Assembly (NCBI GenBank): GCA_030141605.1
Contig: JAQGDQ010000383.1
Coordinates: forward strand, 124,001-188,000
Origin: Tubiluchus corallicola
Lineage: Eukaryota; Animalia; Priapulida
Direction: 5' to 3'
Length of the DNA: 64,000 nucleotides
This document shows positions 54,053 to 64,000 of the stretch, one piece after another; the stretch's first letter is position 1; every line of letters begins with the position of its first letter. Below the pieces are notes generated by a model. It was given only the letters and a program-made list of their open reading frames with translations, was not told the origin of the DNA and ran no database searches. The translations under genes and the position numbers were made by a program.

Positions 54053-55638
54053 TCATTCTTGCGGTCCTGTTGGTATGTTCGTCTTCTCCAGATTTTGTAT
54101 TCGCGTGGGCCGCTTATACAGGCTATAGATGGAAGCAGAAATGAATTGAAAGAACTCGACAAATGTCAGTAAAGAACAACCGATATACAATCCAAATGTT
54201 CCACCGAGTTCGGAGAGCAGGCTAAAACCCTGAAAAATCACAATGCAGATTGAGAATTGTAGATAACGAGGACTTATCAATAATTTATCATCTAAATGTC
54301 AAGATTATCATGATGAATTAATTAAACTTTGATACCAAATTCGAAAGTCGGGAAATGTGAAAAATTGTAGCACAGCTTGGATTTGAACCAGAAACTTTCG
54401 GCTTACAACGCCGGCGCCGTAACAACTAGGCCACCGTGTTTCCCGGTGATTATGATTTCCGTTGCAGTTCTTCAGCTTTACACACTACAGTGATTTCGGA
54501 CTAATTAGAGAATTTTAATTTGATAAATTTTACGTTCAAAATTTATTATAAACATATATTATTATAAAATATATATAAATATTATTCAAATATTTATTAT
54601 ATATTAATGTAATATAACACCCGAGCAAAGTTCAAGCTCAAAATTAATCAAGTAAAAATCATCTGATTACTAGTGTGGGCAATCTAATGTTGGAAATGCT
54701 AATGTATGGAATGTGAAATGATGTATGGAATGCCAAGGTATTAATGCTTCTTTTTGAATATTAATAAATCAATTATGAATATGCAAAATAGATTTATTAA
54801 TATTAAAAATGAATTATGATTTATGAATAATCAAAATTGATTTATGAATAATCACAATTGATTTATGAATAATCAAAATTGATTTATTAATATTCATAAA
54901 TGATTTATTAAAAATAATCACTAAATTCCGTGGAAATAGTTGACTAGCAGGATGAACTTTGGATTGTTATAATCAATCGCCGGGAGAAAAAGTGGTCTAC
55001 AATGCCTAGTGGTTATGAATCGGCTTGTAACCTGAAAGTCTTTGGTTCAAATCCAAGCTGTGTTGCAACTTTTCAAGTTTTCCTTCTTTCGAGTGTGGTA
55101 TCAAAATTTTTCATTGTAGTGGGTTTACGCTGTCAACGAGGATTGATAATCCTCGACATTGTATATATTTAATGTTTCAGTTTTCATGTGTATCATGATT
55201 CCACAATTGATTTGCTTTAATTTGCAGTATGTGAAAGAACACCTACTGTCTGTACTTGCAGTTTTAGAATAAAATGCAGATAAAATAATATTCCAAAAAT
55301 GGTTTTGCACACATAAACATCTTGCTTTTTCAGTGTCAACGTCGATTATTTGAAGCTAAGCTTTGTAGTATATAAGCAAACAGAAGATGAGAGTTTACTG
55401 ATATCTCAACAGCGAAACTAATTTGCTTTAAGCTGCACTAAAATTACTTACAAAGCATAATAAGAAAACAGAAGCTTAAAGATTACTGATATCAAAACTG
55501 CTAATGTGATTTCTTTAAGTTGCACAAGATAATAATTCAATAATTCTGAAAAAATTGCTTACAGTGTATTTGGGTTCCGTTTCTATCACCTGGTAGCTCA
55601 AGTCACTGTAGTAAACTTTGATTTTTGCGAATTGCATT
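54053..55638 (-). CDS. Last two exons of a paralogous DEG/ENaC subunit; upstream exons not found in the window
   Basis: Exons 55638-55563 (MQFAKIKVYYSDLSYQVIETEPKYT) and 54229-54053 (GFSLLSELGGTFGLYIGCSLLTFVE...PQE*), with intact splice sites and the same phases as 29752-29677 and 29500-29273. Confidence 0.85.
54325..54450 (-). mobile_element. tRNA(Thr-TGT)-derived SINE or pseudo-tRNA
   Basis: Minus strand ggtggcctagttgtta (A box), cggc-gttgtaa-gccg anticodon arm, ggttcaaatcc (B box). Confidence 0.55.
54765..54915. repeat. 22-bp AT-rich minisatellite
   Basis: tgatttatgaataatcaaaat repeated 4-5 times. Confidence 0.75.
54975..55110 (+). mobile_element. More degenerate inverted copy of the same tRNA-derived SINE
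   Basis: gcctagtggtta...ttgtaacctgaaagtctttggttcaaatccaagctgtg...tggtatcaaaa. Confidence 0.5.
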
Positions 55639-56090
55639 CTAGGAAACATTGTATAGTATTAGTGCAAATAATACAAGTTTGGGCGATACATATTATATGT
55701 AAGAAACGTACTGACATCCTTATTTACTGCACCTGCTTAAAGAAATGTGGGGAAAATACAGGAAACATGAAATACAGAGTATTTGAGTGTTTTGTAAGTG
55801 TAAGTAACGCATTTGGAAATGTTCACCAACGCACTTCTTTTAACAAAGTGAAGACAAGGGTATTCTAACTTCAATCATTAATTTACTAAAATTTTCATAC
55901 TTTTGTCAGTACATTAGCTTAGCTTGTGTTGTGGCAGAACTCTTAAGTTCAGTTCTTTCGAGACTAGTAATAGGGTATGACGAGGTGGTCTCCTTTTTTC
56001 CATTACTGTTGATACATAGACAATAATCAAAAATCTGTCTCAAAAAACCAATGCTACTTGTCGATTGGGTGGTATTGTTATTAACCATAT

Positions 56091-56877
56091 TAAATGGTTG
56101 CGGACGGCATTTTGTCACGTATCAAGTATTTAATATATTAACCTGTTTACAGAAACCGATTACAGATTACCAGGCATTACCTTGAAGGGAAAACTTTAAC
56201 GTACCTGGGTATAATCTATGACATACACAGGTACGCTGCCTTGATGGCGAAATTGCATTTTACCGATGAATACAACAAGGGATTTTTTTGCATAGGCCTA
56301 TATATTCATTATCAATATAATAAATAATAATGAACAAGCACTGTTAGACACTAAATGAAACGTGAGCGTGTAATATTTTTAATACAGAAGTGACTCTATT
56401 TTTTTGTATGGCGAGACAGCTTAACGTAAATTTATGCCTAAATTCATGCTTAACTCCATATTAAATTTAACCCTTTTTAGAAAGATATGCATAAATAATA
56501 GTTACTTTGTTTCAATTTTCACTTATTAGCAACATGGATATGTAATTAAACTGTATTAGTGCTACGTATCGTGATTAGTTAATATCTGGCAAGTTATTTT
56601 CTGTCTATATATCATTAACAGTCAAATTTAAGTGGAACCATATTTCTAAACATGAGACTATTTTTGTGTACTTTACTGTATAATCAAAGAATTCATACTA
56701 CATCAACAATCTAAAATACATGTGCAAATTATATGCTCCAGGATATATTAATTTGATAATTTGAAGCAATTATTTTATTTATCTTTTTTTAAATCAAAGT
56801 GGAAGATATAGGCAAATAAGTCGGCCCTAATTACTACCTTAGTCTTTTTTGCATTTTTTTTTCTTTTTTAGCAATTA
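56091..56877 (+). repeat. Left arm of a 787/785-bp inverted repeat (LINE inter-ORF spacer)
   Basis: Reverse complement of 57893-58677, with three transitions and a 2-bp homopolymer difference seen by eye. Confidence 0.95.
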
Positions 56878-56904
56878 CTCACCTTCTTTACCTACATCAT
56901 TCAT

Positions 56905-57993
56905 ATGATAACATTCTCATGTCCCGCTTGCGAGAAACCTGTTAAACATAACCAAAAGGCTCTAGGATGTGACAACTGTTATAGGTGGATTCACCTAAGA
57001 TGCTCACCGTTATCTGTTGACGATTATAATGACCTGGCTACAGATGATAATGAATGGTTTTGCCATCTTTGCCTACAGTCCATTTTCCCATTTAATAATA
57101 TACCAGATGACGAAGAATTTAAACATATTGCACGTTTTTCAAATATTGGTTCTATCTTGTGCGATTATAATTTAAATCTCTTTTGCACTGAATCAGATGA
57201 TAGCAATAATATCACGAATATGGCAGATCCTGATTTAAATTTTTTTAATACACCAAACTTAATACCAAAAAGCAATTACTATGATGAAGATCAGTTCACA
57301 TCTTTGTACAGTAACACTGATTTCAATACACCACTGTCTATGATCCATGTTAATATTCGTAGCCTAAAAGCTAATTTTGATTATTTAAATGTATATTTAG
57401 AATCATTAACTATAAGTTCTTCAATTATTGCCTTATCAGAAACATGGCTCCAAGATGATTCAGGAGTAACCATTTCCCTGCCTGGATATGAATTTGAATG
57501 TATAAATCGTAAACACAAATCTGGTGGTGGAGTCGGCTTGCTTATAAGGAAAGACATACCTTATACAGTGAGAAAAGACCTATGCCACATCAATGATCCA
57601 GACATAGAATCACTTTTCATTGAATTACGCAGCAAGAATAAAAATACAATAATGGGAGTAATATATAGACCACCTGGTGAAAATCCTAACCATTTTACAG
57701 ACAAAATACAGAACACTATGGCAATTGTTAATAGACAAAACAAACATATTTTCTTACTAGGAGACTATAATATAAATTTAATAAACCACGCTTCTCACAA
57801 CGAAACCGGACACTTTTTAGACACAATGCTGACCAATTATCTGTTTCCTACTGTTACAAGACCAACAAGAATTACGCCTTATTCAGCAACACTAATTGCT
57901 AAAAAAGAAAAAAATGCAAAAAAGACTAAGGTAGTAATTAGGGCCGACTTATTTGCCTATATCTTCCACTTTGATTTAAAAAAAGATAAATAA
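56905..57993 (+). mobile_element. LINE ORF2 N-terminus (PHD finger plus APE endonuclease), truncated near 57898 and reading into the inverted arm
   Basis: C4HC3 PHD (CPAC...CDNC..WIHLRC...WFCHLC); APE motifs HVNIRSL, LSETWL, GGGVG, IYRPP, GDYNI, PTRIT...TLI; no RT domain and no terminal SDH motif. Confidence 0.92.
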
Positions 57994-58677
57994 AATAATT
58001 GCTTCAAATTATCAAATTAATATATCCTGGAGCATATAATTTGCACATGTATTTTGGATTGTTGATGTAGTATGAATTCTTTGATTATACAGTAAAGTAC
58101 ACAAAAATAGTCTCATGTTTAGAAATATGGTTCCACTTAAATTTGACTGTTAATGATATATAGACAGAAAATAACTTGCCAGATATTAACTAATCACGAT
58201 ACGTAGCACTAATACAGTTTAATTACATATCCATGTTGCTAATAAGTGAAAATTGAAACAAAGTAACTATTATTTATGCATATCTTTCTAAAAAGGGTTA
58301 AATTTAATATGGAGTTAAGCATGAATTTAGGCATAAATTTACGTTAAGCTGTCTCGCCATACAAAAAAATAGAGTCACTTCTGTATTAAAAATATTACAC
58401 GCTCACGTTTCATTTAGTGCCTAACAGTGCTTGTTCATTATTATTTATTATATTGATAATGAATATATAGGCCTATGCAAAAAAATCCCTTGTTGTATTC
58501 ATCGGTAAAATGCAATTTCGCCATCAAGACAGCGTACCTGTGTATGTCATAGATTATACCCAGGTACGTTAAAGTTTTCCCTTCAAGGTAATGCCTGGTA
58601 ATCTGTAATCGGTTTCTGTAAACAGGTTAATATATTAAATACTTGATACGTGACAAAATGCCGTCCGCAACCATTTA
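57893..58677 (-). repeat. Right arm of the inverted repeat, contiguous with the ORF1-bearing LINE half
   Basis: Reverse complement of 56091-56877. Confidence 0.95.
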
Positions 58678-59103
58678 CGAATCGCTTATTCATTGGACCA
58701 TTTACCCATGTAGTCAAGGTTATCAATTAACATACGGACAAAAAAAACTGGTTTCATTGAACCACACTAAGCTGTTTGTAATTATTACTCGGTGGTATCC
58801 GTAGTTTTGTAATCACTTACAGTACCAACCTGCATAGGCATTACGACTGTACCGATAACTGTTTCTAGTTACCATACAAAAAAATGTGAGCTATTTTTCG
58901 CTCACTTATACAAAATAAACTTGCAATTATAAATAATACATACACCCGCAGGCATGCACACACAATTAGTACACACGTGAACTGTATTAGGCGAACGGGC
59001 AATCTGACAAACGGCAAAGAAACTTAAAATAAGAAAGATACCTGTTTACTTGATTAGCGTTAAAGACGAGCATAAGTATAATCAGAATCTGCAACAGTTC
59101 AAA

Positions 59104-60018
59104 TTAGGTTAAGTCCTCTTCACATTTTATTTCGAAGGATTCCATTTTTTCATTAGCTCTCATAAAGATTCTTCCTTGATTTGTCCATACAAATTTATAG
59201 CCTCGTTGTTTTTTGTAATCAACGCACTTTTTGAACAATGCCTTCCTGGCCGGAGTGAGACATTCCCCAATCGAAGGGTATGATAGCAACGAAAACCCTA
59301 TATCACCAAGTCTTGGACGGTTTTTCCTTTGCTTATATATGTTATCCCTGACTGACCTTCTTGTAAATTTCACTATAATCGGCGGCACCCCTTTTTCTGA
59401 CGGTATGCGGTGTACTGCACTAATATCCATATCATTTATCTGCAAGCCCATGCTCGTAATTATACGGCTGATGATGCTATAAATGTTCTCGTCTTTTTGT
59501 TCTGGGAGGCCGTAAAATAACAGACAGTCCCTGCGCACGTATTGTTCCAAGTTATCAATTTCGGATTTATAAACGGCTATTTGTCTACGAGCATCATTAA
59601 GGTTAGCCTCAAGTTCTTTATTGATTTTTTCTGCATTATCAATCCTGACTGCATTATTCTCTAGTTTAGAATACAATTTATCGTACTTGGTTTCTAGAGA
59701 TTTTTGTCTCGTTTTAACTTCTATTAACTCAGCAGAAATTTTTGCAAATTGTTCATTCATTTCGGCTTTACTTTGAAGAATGGCAGCTAAAAGTTTATCA
59801 TCTGAACGATTTGATTTACCTTGAGCTACAGCGTCATCCTCGGTTTGGGTTGCAGTCGCCCCTTCGTTTTCCTCTGACAAAAACGAACAAGACATTCCTG
59901 AAGTCACATCGTTATTTTCCATTGCTGCTGAAGTGCTTTCTTTGTTTGTCGGCTTGTATACAGGTTGTTTTTTGCTTTTCACTTCCGTTTTAGATTTAGT
60001 CATTGATCTTGTTTGCAT
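59104..60018 (-). CDS. Intact LINE ORF1 protein (coiled coil plus RRM/L1-transposase-like domain), 304 aa from the first ATG
   Basis: LEQYVRRDCLLFYGLPE, VHRIP...PIIVKF, IGECLTP, GYKFVWTNQGRIFMR. The ORF track starts at a TTG (60051); the first ATG is at 60018. Confidence 0.85.
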   Translation of the reverse strand: MQTRSMTKSKTEVKSKKQPVYKPTNKESTSAAMENNDVTSGMSCSFLSEENEGATATQTEDDAVAQGKSNRSDDKLLAAILQSKAEMNEQFAKISAELIEVKTRQKSLETKYDKLYSKLENNAVRIDNAEKINKELEANLNDARRQIAVYKSEIDNLEQYVRRDCLLFYGLPEQKDENIYSIISRIITSMGLQINDMDISAVHRIPSEKGVPPIIVKFTRRSVRDNIYKQRKNRPRLGDIGFSLLSYPSIGECLTPARKALFKKCVDYKKQRGYKFVWTNQGRIFMRANEKMESFEIKCEEDLT

Positions 60019-60719
60019 ATCACAATTAACTTTCTGCTCATATAACGGCAAGTATCAAAACTGCAGCATTATAAATTTTAACTTATATTTTCAACATTTT
60101 TATCGGCAAATCAGTCGACCTTCACAAGATTTCGAAATTTTAAAACATGTTACAGGTGAGCGTTACCAGCGTAGCAGCGTATAAACACGTCCGCTCAGGT
60201 TGGAAACCAGTTTCCAGTTTTTGATATATAGCTCTTTACAAAGAGGAAGGACAGGGCTACACGATGATGTAGGTTATATTTTAGGGCAGGTCCACCGAGA
60301 GGAGTACTGGCGAGTTAATTAGAGGTTCCATTTTCGGCAATTTTCGCTTAGAAAACTGTTGACGCAAAGGCATTGTTGTGACGTCATCATTGTATTCTGT
60401 CTATAATCTTATAGCTTTAATTCAGCAAAAAGCTGCTACGCCGCTGTAATTCAGTAAAAGCTGCTACGGGCTTTGTGTTAAAAATGAGGACTAGGTAGAA
60501 TGTTCGCGTGTTATTGATTATACGTGGTTTTTTACGCAAAATCTTTTGCGGGGCCTTTGCTATTTATTATATTATAGCACATAGTTTCAACTTTGTGAAA
60601 AATGTTTGGAATGGTTTTGTTGTAATGCTGTGCTGTTGGTGCTTGTGCTATAGGTGTCGTCATCGTTGCCACCACCATCATCATCATCATCAACATCATG
60701 ATCACCACGTGAGGTGGTG

Positions 60720-61395
60720 GATTTGATGTGGTGTGGTGGTGGTGTGCTTTGTGTGTTGTGCTATGGATGGTGTGGTGGGGTGATAGGGTTGTGGGGTGTG
60801 GGGTGTGGTGTGGGTAGTGTGGTATGGAGTGGGTGGCATGGTGTGTGGGTGGGTGGGTGTTGTGGTGCAGTGCGGTGTGATGTGTTGGAGTATTATGGTG
60901 TGGGTGGTGTGGTGTGGTGTGGTGTGTGGGTGGTGCAGTGCAGTGGTATGGTGTGGTGCAGTGTGGTGTGATGTGGTGGAGTGGTATGGTGTGGGTGGTG
61001 TGGTGTGTAGGTGGGTGGGTGTTGTGGTGCAGTGTGGTGTTATGGTGTGGTGCTGTGCGGTGTGATGTGGTGGAGTATTATGGCATGTTTGGTGTGGTGT
61101 GGTGTGTGGGTGGTGCAGTGGTATGGTGTGGTGCAGTGTGGTGTGATGTGGAGTGGTATGGTGTGGGTGGTGTGGTGTGTAGGTGGTATGGTGTGGTGTG
61201 GTGGTATTGTGTGGTGCAGTGTGGTGCGATGAGGTGGAGTGGTATGGTGTGGTGGAGTGTGGTGTGATGAGGTGGAGTGGTGTGGTGTGGTGCGGTGGTA
61301 TGGTGTGGTGCAGTGTGGTGTGATGTGGTGGAGTCGTATGGTGTGGGTCGTGTGGTGTGGTGTGATGAGGTGGAGTGGTGTGGTGTGGGTTGTGT
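60720..61395. repeat. (TGGTG)n-like G/T-rich satellite
   Basis: Directly visible, with longer internally repeated sub-blocks. Confidence 0.95.
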
Positions 61396-62252
61396 GTTGA
61401 TTTGTGCACAAAATTCTTTTTGTGAGGTTTGGCTAGTGTTCTATGTAATTCTAATAGATGCCAGCGATCTCCACAACACTACTGTTAATAATTCAGAAAA
61501 AAATCTCAGAATCAATAACGTGTGGGATTCGAACACCAGGTCTTCTAATTGCTGGTGGCACAGAGTTGCTATTTCTTATGTTTAAGCTGCAATTTTGAAC
61601 AAACACAGGACCAGGTAACTGTAAAGTTAACTTGATTGACAGATTAAGCCTCGGCTCGAGATTGAATGAAATGCCAGACTATATTTTGTCACTTGTATTT
61701 CTCTCTAAGGACAGCTAATGAAAAACCACAATTAGTAACTGGCAACTAGTAACTAGTAACATGCTAATAATTAGTAACTTCTGCTGCATGTGGACTTCAA
61801 AATCTTTTAGTGGTTTAGGCATCCTAATTTATAATTCTCATCTAAATGTTCAGATTGTGAGTTTCTCTTATAATAGCATAAAAGAAAAAATGTAAATGTT
61901 TTTCATGCGCACATCTTGAAAAAAGAAAATAATTTGTCATTAATGCATTATTGACCATTACAGTGTGTGGGAACTTTAGACGTGAATTAACACATTTTAA
62001 AACTCTATATTTTAAATATCTAATTTGTTTTTGCCAATTTGTCTTGCTTGCTTTTTTGGTTTCCAATCTTCAATCTCAGTTGGTCGGTCAGTCAGTCTGT
62101 CGAACTTCTGTTATGTGAGATTCCTTAAAAGTCACTTCCTGCTTTTAAACAGCTATTGTAATTAACAAATATACTAATACTTTTGTTACGTGCATAGGTT
62201 CATGCTGACTCGTTCTGTTTTAACAATTATTATTATTTAAAAATATACTCAC

Positions 62253-62429
62253 CTTCATAGCATAGTACACTGCTACGAGCCCAGTAGGCCAGAAACAGCA
62301 GAGGCAAGAAATAATAGCCATGGGCAAGTTGTTGGGAGCTCGTTGACGCTCTTCCACAACTATGACTGTTGCACCCGGTGGTTGAGTTTGGTAAGCGTGG
62401 TTCCCACCTGGCCCCGATTGAATCGGGTA
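62253..62429 (-). CDS. Internal exon of a CD225/dispanin-family protein (PRRT1/TMEM233/IFITM-like)
   Basis: tttcag|YPIQSGPGGNHAYQTQPPGATVIVVEERQRAPNNLPMAIISCLCCFWPTGLVAVYYAMK|gtgagt; 177 nt, phase 0-0; CCFWPxGxxA signature. Confidence 0.85.
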
Positions 62430-63619
62430 CTGAAAAATGTCAGTGATATTGTGACGGATGTTGGTGGAAATCTGTACAGTGTCTTGTGCTAATTCTTATG
62501 TAAACATGGCACATGTCTGGGAAAGTATGGCCCACTGAAAACAACTCAATGGTCTTAAGTCAATGATCTGATATGTGGCCACACTATAGATGCAATGTAT
62601 GTATACAATGTCTTCGATATATATATATATAATGGATTGATTTTTGGCCTGATTGAGAAGTATATATATATATACGTATTAAGAGATACATGTTCTTTAT
62701 AACAAAGAAGGAAATTAGTTGAGCTCTTCTCCTGGTTTTTAAAATTCCGTTGGTGCCAAAGCTTTAAGTTTAGTTACATATTTCCAAATTAAATAAAAAA
62801 TCAAATACAAACATGTAAGCTCACGTACACAGATCAAAATATAATGTAGTGAGAACTTTGTCTCTGGGTGAGTGTTATTAACTGCTTTTGTACCTTTTCG
62901 GTAGTTTTAGCTGTTGTAATAGGTCGCCGAATTCTCTGATCTTCTATAATGGTTTAACTTTAACTGCAATTTCTTTCGTGGAAAGTTTCAAATGAGCGTG
63001 TACCTTTAACACATTTTAAAAACGGGCGCCATTTTTTATCTTAATGGAATTCTTTCATTTTGAGGCTGAGTATCTTCAGAAACTTTTTCATTCAATAGTT
63101 GTACCTCCCTTATCTCTTTATCAGACGAAATTGTAAGGGTTCCACTGGGCCTGTGCAGGGGACAATTTACTTCTATAACAGGTACTGTAAATATCCTTAC
63201 AATTACAGGTAAAACAAACTTTCTTAAAAATCCGTTGTTGTTCAAAGTAAGAATGACAAAATGAAGCCTACTCCTTTCAGCAACTTAGTTATTCTTATTT
63301 AATAAGTCTAATTAGCAAAAATACTCAATTAAAATTTTTAACTTCTAATGTTGTTTTATAAACACGTGGCAGACGGTACAGTTTAGTAGTCACGCATGCG
63401 CTTTCCATCTGAGAGAGAGCACAAGTTCGATATTGCAGCCAGTGTGTACCAAAGACTTTACAAATGATACCTGTTGTTTACCCAGCCTGACCTGCGGGAT
63501 TTAGTGGGAAAAATGGGGTAGTAATGATCTCTGTTAAGATATAAGCATCGTGGTGGTACAGAAGTCAGGCTCTTGTTGAATTGAAAGCTGATTTTAAACA
63601 TTCTAATCATTATCATTAG

Positions 63620-63908
<289 letters not shown>

Positions 63909-64000
63909 CTTTAAGTTTAAATATTCACGCCGAGATGGGTAGGTTTAAAGATTATGTACGGTTTGCTGTTTTTGTTTTTTGATAGGCCTACATGCTTTAT

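Larger units (their letters stand above)
57893..60196 (-). mobile_element. 5' half of a young CR1/L2/Crack-like LINE (5'UTR, ORF1, long spacer)
   Basis: ORF1 intact; the spacer matches the DNA that precedes ORF2 in the + copy; the 5' end near gagcggacgtgttt (60196) is inferred. Confidence 0.8.

Noticed and set aside
54365-54440. Functional tRNA-Thr gene
   Set aside because: Imperfect acceptor and D stems and a degenerate twin nearby; treated as SINE-like.
56091-58677. DNA transposon with long TIRs carrying a nuclease
   Set aside because: The arms are LINE spacer sequence continuous with ORF1 on the right; no target-site duplication or transposase.
60702-61411. His/Thr/Pro-rich and Val/Trp/Cys-rich ORFs
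   Set aside because: Translations of the TGGTG satellite, open in several frames on both strands.

Overview
AT-rich, intron-dense invertebrate animal genomic DNA (not prokaryotic; most ORF-track entries are noise). By manual splicing (GT-AG, phases checked) I can reconstruct: (1) the 3' part of the splicing factor KHDC4/BLOM7 on + (271..15886); (2) a complete 6-exon mitochondrial ribosomal protein S11 gene on - (16730..22258); (3) a complete 13-exon DEG/ENaC/ASIC-family channel on - (29273..50046, about 808 aa). This channel carries an unusual roughly 300-aa acidic, Thr/Ser-rich, N-sequon-rich 15-aa-repeat insertion in the knuckle region followed by an RKRR furin site, plus decayed duplicated repeat exons in the next intron; (4) only the last two exons of a close ENaC paralogue (54053..55638); (5) two fragments of one young LINE joined tail-to-tail, giving a 787-bp inverted repeat around a PHD-APE ORF; (6) one CD225/dispanin exon whose partner exon I cannot find. 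Also present: a 270-bp palindrome with a minimal hammerhead ribozyme on the channel's sense strand, a Penelope GIY-YIG fragment, many LINE, MITE, SINE and Helentron-like remnants, and microsatellites. All family assignments come from remembered motifs, not database searches.
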